A stretch of DNA of 64,000 nucleotides, from positions 65,016 to 129,015 of the forward strand of contig CAVTBU010000010.1 in assembly GCA_963733035.1 (NCBI GenBank), written 5' to 3'. Each line of letters opens with the position of its first letter. Positions within the stretch are counted from its first letter, which is position 1. A program made the translations under genes and the position numbers. The stretch is from Pirellulales bacterium (lineage in GTDB: Bacteria > Planctomycetota > Planctomycetia > Pirellulales > PALSA-1355). The notes under the pieces were generated by a model. That model was not told the DNA's origin and made no database searches. It saw nothing but the letters and a program-made list of their open reading frames with translations. This document shows, piece by piece, positions 1 to 8,793 of the stretch.

Positions 1-1
1 G

Positions 2-403
2 CGGATTCCGCTGGCGGCCAAGATTCGCGCCGGCGAGCCGATACCGGCTCCGGCTGCCGGGTCGCTCAATCTGATTCACGTGGCCGATGCGGCGCGCGTC
101 GTGCTGGCGGCGGAGGAGATCGCCGATCCCCCGCGCACGTATAACGTCTCGGACGGCCATCCCGCGGTCCGGCGCGAGTACTACAAAGAGTTGGCACGTT
201 TGCTCGATGCGCCACCGCCGACGTTCGAGGAGCCGGCAGCCGACTCACCCGTAGCAGCTCGCGCCGGGGTTGACAAACGCGTGGACAATCGGCGGATGAT
301 CGCCGAGCTGGGCGTGCAGCTCGAGTACCCCACCTACCGCGATGGCCTGGCAGCGATCGTGGCGGAGGAAGCCAAGGGAGCCGAGAGAACGCGAAGTGAA
401 TGA
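2..403 (+). CDS. NAD-dependent epimerase/dehydratase (extended SDR, YeeZ-like), 3' part; truncated by window edge
   Basis: Open frame from base 2 (RIPLAAKIR...LNLIHVADAARVV...TYNVSDGHP...KRVDNRRM..ELGVQLEYPTYRDGL), typical C-terminus of YeeZ-like epimerases. Confidence 0.8.
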   Translation, partial: RIPLAAKIRAGEPIPAPAAGSLNLIHVADAARVVLAAEEIADPPRTYNVSDGHPAVRREYYKELARLLDAPPPTFEEPAADSPVAARAGVDKRVDNRRMIAELGVQLEYPTYRDGLAAIVAEEAKGAERTRSE

Positions 404-644
404 GTCCGAGCTGACCGGTGGCGGCGAGCCGATGCGCCCCAAACGAGCTGGTGGTTTTGGTCGCTTGACGCTACTGGTGTTTCCGATGGCAGGCCTTGCC
501 GCGTTCGGCGGTGCGTGCGCGGCAATTGGCGAAATCCGCGGAAAACGCCAGGTCGCCCTCCCCAGCTATGGATTTCTGGGTTTGGGGTTTATCACCATCG
601 TGGCAGGCCTTTGGTTGTTGTCGGTGTTTTTTGGCAAGCGATGA
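396..644 (+). CDS. small membrane protein, two predicted TM helices
   Basis: GTG start overlapping the upstream stop; two hydrophobic segments. Confidence 0.5.
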   Translation: MNESELTGGGEPMRPKRAGGFGRLTLLVFPMAGLAAFGGACAAIGEIRGKRQVALPSYGFLGLGFITIVAGLWLLSVFFGKR

Positions 645-898
645 TCGACGGGCCGGCAAGGCCGTCCAGGGGACGACTCGCTGCCGGGGCCCTTTACCGC
701 TCGGTGCCACCTCTTATCCCGCTCCTTGCCGAGTTGGGCGGGGGTCTTTAGAATTCGAGGCTCTGAAAGAGTTCCATTCGATCCGCCGATTCTTGCGAGA
801 ATTGCCCCCAGAGCAGCGACCCCTGCGTTAGCTCCGCCAAACGGTACACCGGACTTGCCCGGACCGGCGTGGCGCCCAGGCAGGAAGGATTTTACGCC

Positions 899-1681
899 AT
901 GCTTCAACGGAAGCCCGTCTTCCCGAACGTCATCGAAATGAACTACCAGGCCGGAGAGCGGCTGGGTTGCAACGTCTATTTGATCTACGACGGCGCTGAA
1001 TGGGTCATGATCGACGTCGGGTATGACGAAACGGTCGACGAAATCGTCGAGCTGATTCGCCAGCTCGACTTCCCGCTGTCGCACTGCAAGATGCTGATTG
1101 CCACGCATGCCGACGTGGATCACATCCAGGGATTGGCCAAGATCAATCAGTTGCTTAAAACGAAGATCGTCGGCCACAAGTTGGCCGCCGAACCGTTGGC
1201 CACTGGCGATCGCATCAAGACGTTTGCCGAGATCGATGCCCAGAACATTCACCTGGAAATGCCGCCGGTAAAGCTCGACGAGTTGATCGGCGAAGGGGAC
1301 AAGATCCAGGTTGGCAAGCTGGAGTTGGAAGTCTGGCACACGCCGGGACATACCGACAGCCAGCTTTCGTTTCGCATGGGCAACTTGCTGTTCAGCGGCG
1401 ACAACATCTATCGCGACGGCTGCGTGGGCGCAATCGATGCCCATCACGGCAGCGACATTCAGGCATTTCTCAAATCGCTCCGTCGCATTCGCGAGAGCGA
1501 CGTGGAGTGGCTGCTGCCGAGCCACGGCCCGATCTTCCGCAAGAACAACACGCTCATCGACAAGGCGATCGCCCGGCTGGAAGGTTACTTGCACATGGCC
1601 GACTTCGGCACCTGCGCCATCGACTGGCCCCTGATGGACGAATGGGACAAGGAACTGGAAGCCGGCAAGATGCCCCAATAA
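899..1681 (+). CDS. MBL-fold metallo-hydrolase
   Basis: CNVYLI, IDVG, THADVDH, HTPGHT, FSGD and PSHG motifs; SD-like GGAAGGA upstream. Confidence 0.9.
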   Translation: MLQRKPVFPNVIEMNYQAGERLGCNVYLIYDGAEWVMIDVGYDETVDEIVELIRQLDFPLSHCKMLIATHADVDHIQGLAKINQLLKTKIVGHKLAAEPLATGDRIKTFAEIDAQNIHLEMPPVKLDELIGEGDKIQVGKLELEVWHTPGHTDSQLSFRMGNLLFSGDNIYRDGCVGAIDAHHGSDIQAFLKSLRRIRESDVEWLLPSHGPIFRKNNTLIDKAIARLEGYLHMADFGTCAIDWPLMDEWDKELEAGKMPQ

Positions 1682-1866
1682 CGGCTGCTAGCACGAGTCG
1701 ACACAGCCGGCCGTCTGCGAAACCCTGCGGGTTCTAGCGGATATTCCCTCAATGCCGCTTGTGACGCGTGCCGATGGATGTTGGTAGACCCAAGCTGCCG
1801 GACGATCGCGGTCCCGTAAATCACGCGACGCCGGTGTGATCGACATTTCTCAGGGGGGAATCTGCG

Positions 1867-2208
1867 ATGGTCCGCCGAATGCTTCTTGCGCTTTGCTGCG
1901 CGGCGGGTTTGAGCGTGCTGGTCTCCGCCGAGGCCCAGGCCCAGCAGCCCATGACCGGGCAGCAGGCTTTTGGCCGGCAATGGGGAGGCAGCTACAGCAC
2001 CCAAGACTGGAACCGCTTGTACCACTACCCGTACGTCTACTACCCGCAAAATTTCTGGTCGAGCGAGTACTACCAGAGTTCGAACGATCTGTACTTCCGC
2101 TATCCGCCCGAAATGCGGATTCCGGTCTACAACAAGCAGTGGATGAACATGTATCCCGAAGGTCGGCTGTATCACTCGGGCCACCACTTCATACTCGATA
2201 CGTTTTGA
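1867..2208 (+). CDS. secreted Tyr/Trp-rich small protein
   Basis: Signal peptide ending AEAQA; purine-rich SD; mature part aromatic-rich (YHYPYVYYP). Confidence 0.8.
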   Translation: MVRRMLLALCCAAGLSVLVSAEAQAQQPMTGQQAFGRQWGGSYSTQDWNRLYHYPYVYYPQNFWSSEYYQSSNDLYFRYPPEMRIPVYNKQWMNMYPEGRLYHSGHHFILDTF

Positions 2209-2390
2209 ATTGGCTGAGAATTCTCAGCTTGCGGTGGAACGACAGTCGGGAGGTTGGCCCGAGCGGATGTGACGCCCTTGTCGCGATGAAAGCGAACGGA
2301 AGCTGGCTTGCGGCAAGCATCCACGAGGGTCGTCGCTTTGCGGCGCCGTAACCGAACTTGCCTGACGTGAAACGGGGTCGGACCGCCGGA

Positions 2391-2424
2391 AAGGGGTCTG
2401 GAGTCTTGAACTCCCGACCCCTTT
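2391..2424. repeat. palindromic REP-like element / bidirectional terminator, copy 1
   Basis: AAGGGGTCTGGAGT-CTTGA-ACTCCCGACCCCTT between convergent genes; near-identical to 26847-26877. Confidence 0.6.
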
Positions 2425-2432
2425 ATTATTGA

Positions 2433-3626
2433 TCAGGCGAGACCGCGGGCGGCGAAGCGATACAGTGCCTCGCTGGCGGCCTCGAGGCCGTCGAGCGCGA
2501 GCCACTCGTCGGCCGTGTGGGCCTGGGCGATCGAACCCGGCCCAAACACGATGGACGGGACTCCGGCTGCGGAAATGGCCGCGGCATCGGTGCCGTAGGG
2601 GACGCCGATTTTTTCGCTTTCCAGCCCCATCGACCTCGCCGCCCCTTGCATCGCGTTGGCAAGTTCGCCATTCGTTTCGTCGGGCAGCCCGACGCCGATC
2701 AAGAATGGTGGATCGTGCTGAATCCGCACCTCGCTGCCGACTTCGCGCGAAAGGTAATCGATCACGTGCATGTACGCTGCTTGGGGTTCTTCGTGCGGCA
2801 GCAATCGGCGGTCGATTTCGATCGTGCAGCGGTCCGGCACGGTATTGACGCTCAAACCACCGGTGATCGTGCCCACGCTCAAGGTGGGCCGCCCGCAGAG
2901 CGGATGCTCACCTAGCGTTGGCGCCACGTCGCGCTGATAGCGCTGGAGCGCCGCCAGCACTGGCCCCATGCGAAAGATTGCGTTCTCGCACAAGTGGGGC
3001 TGCGAGCTGTGCCCCGCACGTCCCAGGGCATGGCATCGCCAACGCACCACGCCCTTGTGCGCGACCACGACCTGCAGTTCGGTCGGTTCGGCGATCACGG
3101 CGGCGTCTGGCTGCCGGGGCACGATTGCATCGGGCTCGGACCAGAGCTTGGTGAGTGCCGTGGCGCCCGAGTAGCCATGTTCTTCGTTTACGGTGCAGGC
3201 CATGACGATGGTCGGCATGCCTTTGGGGCGATCGGTGGCCAGCCGGGCCAGGGCGCCAAGCATGGCGGTCATGCCTCCTTTGATGTCGCAGGCGCCGCGG
3301 CCATAGAGGCGGCCTTCTTTCACGACCGGTGTCCACGGCTCGATCGTCATGCCGTCGACCGGAACGGTGTCTTGGTGGGCCTCGAACATGATCAGCGGGC
3401 CACCGGCCGTGTGCGAAACGGCCCCGTCGAGCCGAGCGATGATGTTGTCGCGTTTCGGTTCGACCGGCTGACGCTGGTAGGGGAGTTTCAGCGAGCGGAA
3501 CAGCGATTCGAGGTAGTCAGTTACGCGGTATTCAAAGTACTCGGGCCCAGCCACGGGCTTGCCCATGGGGTTCACGCTTGGCAGTGCGACCAGTTCGCTG
3601 AGCGTCCGGTTTAGATTCAGGGTCAT
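2433..3626 (-). CDS. argE: M20 family metallopeptidase / acetylornithine deacetylase-like
   Basis: EAHQDTV, GRGACDIKGG, NEEHG, IAEPT and AHTADE motifs; gene symbol tentative. Confidence 0.8.
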   Translation of the reverse strand: MTLNLNRTLSELVALPSVNPMGKPVAGPEYFEYRVTDYLESLFRSLKLPYQRQPVEPKRDNIIARLDGAVSHTAGGPLIMFEAHQDTVPVDGMTIEPWTPVVKEGRLYGRGACDIKGGMTAMLGALARLATDRPKGMPTIVMACTVNEEHGYSGATALTKLWSEPDAIVPRQPDAAVIAEPTELQVVVAHKGVVRWRCHALGRAGHSSQPHLCENAIFRMGPVLAALQRYQRDVAPTLGEHPLCGRPTLSVGTITGGLSVNTVPDRCTIEIDRRLLPHEEPQAAYMHVIDYLSREVGSEVRIQHDPPFLIGVGLPDETNGELANAMQGAARSMGLESEKIGVPYGTDAAAISAAGVPSIVFGPGSIAQAHTADEWLALDGLEAASEALYRFAARGLA

Positions 3627-3961
3627 GACTATCTCGGCGGTTCTCGGCTGGGGTATTGGTGGCGGGCCAGTCCGCGGTGGTCATCATAGCGGTTGATTGG
3701 CGCCAGTTCTCCCCGCATAGCGAACACACCGCCGGCGGCGGCGGGGCAACATCGGCTTTGATGCTCGTGGCCAACAAGCGAGAGCATTACCCCGGACGAG
3801 CAGGTGCCGGCGGCGATGAGCGGTTTTAGGGCTGCCACACGTCCGCTTGACCGTCTGGTAGGGGCTCGATAGGATCTTTTTTGCGTCGCGAGCCCAAGCG
3901 TGGCCTGAATTTAGGGCGTTTTTAGGCGAGAAGACCCCCAGGCGGGTCTTTTCCTTGGGCT

Positions 3962-3987
3962 CACTTTGTGACAAGATTCACAAAGTG
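3962..3987. promoter_or_regulatory. Rex-like (or CRP/FNR-like) operator upstream of nuoA
   Basis: Perfect 10-bp arms CACTTTGTGA-N6-TCACAAAGTG; core TTGTGACAAGATTCACAA is one mismatch from TTGTGAANNNNTTCACAA. Confidence 0.7.
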
Positions 3988-4058
3988 CCCTGAATGCCGT
4001 AAATTATCGCCATCGTTTACCTGACCCTCAACTCGCACTCCCGCCAAAAGCGCACGCC

Positions 4059-4457
4059 ATGGAACTGGCCGTCCTGCCGATTTTCCTGTTTGGCGCCGCC
4101 GCCATCGGTTTGGCGATCGGGCTGTTGGCAGTCAGTTCGCTGATCGGCCCGCACAAGAACGGGCGCGTGAAGGAAATGCCGTATGAGAGCGGCATGGATC
4201 CGATTCACGACACGCATCGGCGGTTTGATGTGCGGTTTTACCTGGTCGCGATCGCGTTCTTGGTGTTCGACGTCGAATTGTTGTTCCTCTATCCCTGGGC
4301 CGTCGCGAGCCGCAATCCCCAGGGCATTGATCATGCCGTCGAAGCCGGCTGGGTGGCGAGCCGGGGGTTGGTGTTTGGCGAGGTGCTGGTGTTTCTGGCG
4401 CTGTTGGCGGCTGGCTTCGTCTATGCCTGGCGGAAAGGGGTGTTCCGATGGCGATAG
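4059..4457 (+). CDS. nuoA: NADH-quinone oxidoreductase subunit A
   Basis: PYESG, FYLVAIAFLVFDVE, PWA, YAWRKG. Confidence 0.95.
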   Translation: MELAVLPIFLFGAAAIGLAIGLLAVSSLIGPHKNGRVKEMPYESGMDPIHDTHRRFDVRFYLVAIAFLVFDVELLFLYPWAVASRNPQGIDHAVEAGWVASRGLVFGEVLVFLALLAAGFVYAWRKGVFRWR

Positions 4458-5029
4458 AAGTACCCGAGAACGTGGTGGTCAGCCGGCTGGATGAATTGGC
4501 CAGTTGGTGCCGCAAGAACAGTCTGTGGCCGATGCCGTTCGCCACGGCGTGCTGTGGCATCGAGTTGATGGCCACTGGCGCAAGCAAGCACGACTTGGCC
4601 CGTTTTGGTGCCGAGGTGATGCGGTTCAGCCCGCGGCAGTGCGACTTGATGATCGTGGCGGGCCGGGTGGTGATGAAGATGCTCCCGGTGTTGCAGCGAA
4701 TTTGGCAGCAGATGCATGAACCGAAATGGTGCATTTCGATGGGCGCGTGTGCCTCGACGGGCGGCGTGTTTGACACGTATTGCGTCGTGCAAGGCATCGA
4801 CCGCTTTATTCCGGTGGATATGTACGTGCCCGGTTGTCCGCCGCGGCCCGAGCAGCTGATTCAGTCGATTATCGATTTGCAAGAGAAGATTCAAACGGAA
4901 GGCACGATTGCCGGGCGGGAATTCGCCACCCGTAGTCGCCAGCAAACGAAGCGGGCGTTGGTTGAGCTTCCGGTTGTCACACTCCCCCGCGGCGTAAGCC
5001 ATTTGTCTCAAGGTGTCCGCGTCGAATAA
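4448..5029 (+). CDS. nuoB: NADH-quinone oxidoreductase subunit B
   Basis: ACCGIE, SPRQ, MGACA, VPGCPPRPE. Confidence 0.97.
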   Translation: MAIEVPENVVVSRLDELASWCRKNSLWPMPFATACCGIELMATGASKHDLARFGAEVMRFSPRQCDLMIVAGRVVMKMLPVLQRIWQQMHEPKWCISMGACASTGGVFDTYCVVQGIDRFIPVDMYVPGCPPRPEQLIQSIIDLQEKIQTEGTIAGREFATRSRQQTKRALVELPVVTLPRGVSHLSQGVRVE

Positions 5030-5077
5030 GGCGCAGAGGAAGCGGCCTGGCCGAGTTCAGGCGTCGAAAAGTTGCAA

Positions 5078-5575
5078 ATGATTGCCCCCGAAACGATCTC
5101 CGCCGTCTCCAGCAAGTTTCCCGCCGTGCGGTGGAGCGAGTTTCGCGCGCAGCATCGGGCCGCCGTACCCCGTGAGTCGCTGGCCGAGGTATTCCAGTTC
5201 GTGCGCGCCGAGTTGGGATTCGATCTGTTGGTCGACGTCACTTGCGTCGACTATTTGAATTACCGTGGCGCCGAAGACCGTTTTGGGCTCGTGTATTTGC
5301 TGGCCAACACCAAAACCAACGAGCGTCTGACGCTGCGGGTGTTTCTGAATGAGCCGGACCTGACGGTGCCGTCGGCCTGCTCCGTTTGGCCGGGCGCCAA
5401 CTGGTTCGAGCGAGAAGTGTACGACATGTTCGGCATCGAGTTCGAAGGCCACCCCGACTTGCGACGCATTTTGCTCCCCGACGAATTCGCGGCGCACCCG
5501 TTGCGTAAAGACTACCCGCTACAAGGCCGCGGCGAGCGTCATAACTTCCCGGTGCTGCACCGGGACGAAAGCTAG
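5078..5575 (+). CDS. nuoC: NADH-quinone oxidoreductase subunit C
   Basis: ANWFEREVYDMFGIEFEGHPDLRRIL, HPLRKDYP. Confidence 0.95.
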   Translation: MIAPETISAVSSKFPAVRWSEFRAQHRAAVPRESLAEVFQFVRAELGFDLLVDVTCVDYLNYRGAEDRFGLVYLLANTKTNERLTLRVFLNEPDLTVPSACSVWPGANWFEREVYDMFGIEFEGHPDLRRILLPDEFAAHPLRKDYPLQGRGERHNFPVLHRDES

Positions 5576-5635
5576 CCCCAGGAAGGATGAAGTCAAAAGG
5601 ATGAAGGATGAGTAAGACTTCATGCTTAGATACTC

Positions 5636-6868
5636 ATGTCCGTCGCTGAAACCAAAAAGAAGACGATTGCCGACCTGGCCGCTGCCGAGGCCCACGATTA
5701 TCGTTGGACCTTGAACTTTGGCCCACAGCATCCGGCCACGCACACCACGTTGCGGCTGGTGCTGATGCTCGATGGCGAACGCGTGGTCGACGCGATTCCG
5801 GACATCGGTTACCTGCACTCGGGCTTTGAAAAGATCGGCGAGCACCTGGACTACAACCAGTACGTGACGGTCACCGACCGGATGAACTACATCTCGCCGA
5901 TGGCCAACAACATTGCCTGGCACAACTCGGTCGAGCGGTTGCTGGGTCTGGAACTGACGCCGCGCTGCAAGTACATCCGCACGATTCTGGCCGAGCTGGC
6001 CCGCATTAGCGATCACCTGCTGTGCAACGGCGCGGTGGGGCTTGATGTGGGAGCCTTTACGTTCTTTTTGTACGGCTTCTACCAGCGCGAAGTGCTGTAC
6101 GACATCTTTGAAACGCTGTGCGGTGCCCGATTTACGAACAGCTACACGCGTACCGGCGGCGTGATGTATGACTTCACTCCCCTGGTGGTCGAAAAGATCC
6201 GCGCGTTCGTGCGCAACTTTCCCAAAACGCTCGACGACATGGAGCGGCTGCTCAACCGCAACCGCATTTTCATCGACCGCACCAAGGGCGTCGGGTTGTT
6301 GAGCAAGGAAGACGCGATCGGCCGCAGCGCCACGGGGCCCATTGCCCGCGCCAGCGGCGTGACCCGCGACTTGCGGAAGGACGAGCCGTACCTGTCGTAC
6401 GCCGATTTCGACTTCCAGGTTTGTTGCATGACGGCGGGTGATTGTTTTGCGCGCTACCTGGTCCGCATGGCCGAGATGCGCGAGAGCCTGAAGATCGTGG
6501 CCCAGGCGATCGAGAATCTGCCGACCGGGCCGGTGAACGTGGGCATCGACGAGCGGACGGCGCTACCCAATAAGCAGCAAGTTTACAGCACGATTGAGGG
6601 CACGATCTCGCACTTCGAGCTCGTGATGGCCAACCGGGGCTTCGTGGTGCCGGAAGAAGAATCGTACGCCGCGATCGAAGCGCCCAACGGCGAACTGGGT
6701 TTTTATCTGGCTGGCGACGGATCGGACGTGGCCTATCGGGCTCGCTGCCGGCCACCGTCGTTCATTCATTTTTCGCTGTTCCCGCAATTGATCCGCGGAC
6801 ACACGCTATCGGACGTGGTGGCCGTGTTGGGAAGCTTGAACATCATTGCCGCCGAGCTGGACCGTTAA
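5636..6868 (+). CDS. nuoD: NADH-quinone oxidoreductase subunit D
   Basis: LNFGPQHPATH, GYLHSGFEK, EAPNGE, C-terminal ELDR. Confidence 0.97.
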   Translation: MSVAETKKKTIADLAAAEAHDYRWTLNFGPQHPATHTTLRLVLMLDGERVVDAIPDIGYLHSGFEKIGEHLDYNQYVTVTDRMNYISPMANNIAWHNSVERLLGLELTPRCKYIRTILAELARISDHLLCNGAVGLDVGAFTFFLYGFYQREVLYDIFETLCGARFTNSYTRTGGVMYDFTPLVVEKIRAFVRNFPKTLDDMERLLNRNRIFIDRTKGVGLLSKEDAIGRSATGPIARASGVTRDLRKDEPYLSYADFDFQVCCMTAGDCFARYLVRMAEMRESLKIVAQAIENLPTGPVNVGIDERTALPNKQQVYSTIEGTISHFELVMANRGFVVPEEESYAAIEAPNGELGFYLAGDGSDVAYRARCRPPSFIHFSLFPQLIRGHTLSDVVAVLGSLNIIAAELDR

Positions 6869-6886
6869 CCTTTAGCCGAACGAACC

Positions 6887-7399
6887 ATGGCGACTGCCGA
6901 GCGCATTCTGACCGATGATATGATCGCCGCGATCAAGGACTACTTTCCGCGCTATCCGACGCGGCAAGCGGTGACCTTGCCGGCGCTGCACGTCGTCAAC
7001 GAGCATCTGCGCTATGTCCCGCTGCAGGCGGTGGTCGAAATTGCCGAATTGCTTGGACTCGCACCGGCCGAAGTGCAGGACACGCTGTCGTTTTACGGAT
7101 TCTTCAAGCAAGACAAGCCCCACGGCGAAACGCGTGCCTGGGTTTGCCGCTCGGTCAGTTGTGCGTTGCGCGGTGGCGAGCAAGTGCTGGAGCAGATGTG
7201 CCGCGCGGCTGGCATCAAACCGGGCGAGACAACCGCCGACGGCAAGTTGACGCTTGAATTCGGCGAATGCCTCGGCGGCTGCGACTTCGCCCCCTGCATG
7301 CTCGCCGGCGATACGCTGCACAAGAACCTGACGCCCGAGTCGGGCGAAGCATTCGTCAAGAAAACCTGCCAAGGCCCCTCCGGCAACGGACAACAATAA
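6887..7399 (+). CDS. nuoE: NADH-quinone oxidoreductase subunit E
   Basis: CRSVSC and ECLGGC [2Fe-2S] motifs, SFYGFF. Confidence 0.95.
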   Translation: MATAERILTDDMIAAIKDYFPRYPTRQAVTLPALHVVNEHLRYVPLQAVVEIAELLGLAPAEVQDTLSFYGFFKQDKPHGETRAWVCRSVSCALRGGEQVLEQMCRAAGIKPGETTADGKLTLEFGECLGGCDFAPCMLAGDTLHKNLTPESGEAFVKKTCQGPSGNGQQ

Positions 7400-7428
7400 C
7401 CACCGCTTTAAAAGCATCGTCAAACCGC

Positions 7429-8780
7429 ATGCCCTTCGAACCCGTACTGCTGGCGAACATCAACAAACCCGACAGCCATACGCTGCGCGTGTATGAAGAG
7501 GGGGGCGGTTATCGGCGCTGAAGAAGGTGCTGGCCGAAATGGCACCGGCCGACATGATCGAGCTGGTCAAGAGCAGCAACCTGCGGGGCCGCGGCGGCGC
7601 CGGTTTCCCCACCGGGCTAAAGTGGTCGTTCCTGCCCAAGGATCACCCGGGCCCGGTCTACATGTGTATCAACGCCGACGAGAGCGAGCCGGGCACGTTC
7701 AACAATCGCATCCTGATGGAGGAGGATCCGCACCAGGTGATCGAGGGCGTGATCCTCAGTTGCTTCGCCACGCGTGCGGTCACGGCCTACATCTACTTGC
7801 GTTTCGAGTACCCGCTGTGCTACCAGCGGCTGCAAGCGGCCATCGACGAATGTTACGCCGCGGGATACCTGGGCAAGAACATTCAGGGGAGCGATTTCTC
7901 GCTCGACATTTACTTGCATCGCGGTGCCGCCGCCTACATCTGTGGCGAAGAGACCGGCCTGATCGAGAGCCTGGAGGGCAAGCGAGCCTGGCCGCGCATC
8001 AAGCCGCCGTTTCCGGCCGTCGAGGGCGTGTTTCGCAAACCGACCGTGGTCAACAACATCGAAACGGCCTGCTGTGTCACGCAGATTGCCGCGCGTGGAG
8101 CGGACTGGTTCAAGAGCATCGGCGTGCCGGCCGATCCAAACAACCCGCGCGACGCGGGCAGCTATGGGCCGAAGCTGTACTGCCTGAGCGGGCACGTCAA
8201 CAAGCCGGGCTGTTACGAAGCGCCGTTGGGCATTACTTGCCGGCAGCTAATTGACGAGTACGGCGGCGGTGTGTGGAAAGACCGCAAAGCGAAGGCGGCG
8301 ATTCCCGGCGGCATCAGCATGGGCCTGCTCACCGAGGCGGAACTCGACACGCCGTTGGATTTCTCCGGGCCAGGACGCGTTGGCTGCCTGGGCCTGGGAA
8401 CCGCGGCCGTGGTGGTGATCGACGAAACCGTGCCAATCGTCGACTTCCTGCACAATAGCTGTCGCTTCTTCGCCCACGAGAGTTGTGGTCAGTGTACACC
8501 GTGTCGCGAAGGGACGGCCTGGTCGCTCACGATGCTCGAGCGGATCAAAGCCGGCCGCGGTCGACTCAAGGATCTGGATCTGCTGCTGGAGATTGGCGAC
8601 TCGATCGGCATCATGCCCGGCACGACCATTTGCGGCCTGGCCGACGGCGCTGCGTGGCCCATCAAGAACGCGATTCGCAAGTTTCGCGACGAATTTGAAG
8701 AGTACATCAAGCGGACAAATCCCACGGGATACATGGTGACCGAAGCAGTCGAAGCGTTGCCGATTTTGGCGGCCCACTAG
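7429..8780 (+). CDS. nuoF: NADH-quinone oxidoreductase subunit F (apparent 1-nt deletion near 7513)
   Basis: N-terminus MPFEPVLL..EEGGGY in one frame; continues ALKKVL..LRGRGGAGFPTG, NADESEPG, YICGEET, ESCGQCTPCREG in another. Confidence 0.93.
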
Positions 8781-8793
8781 AAAAAGCGCGATC

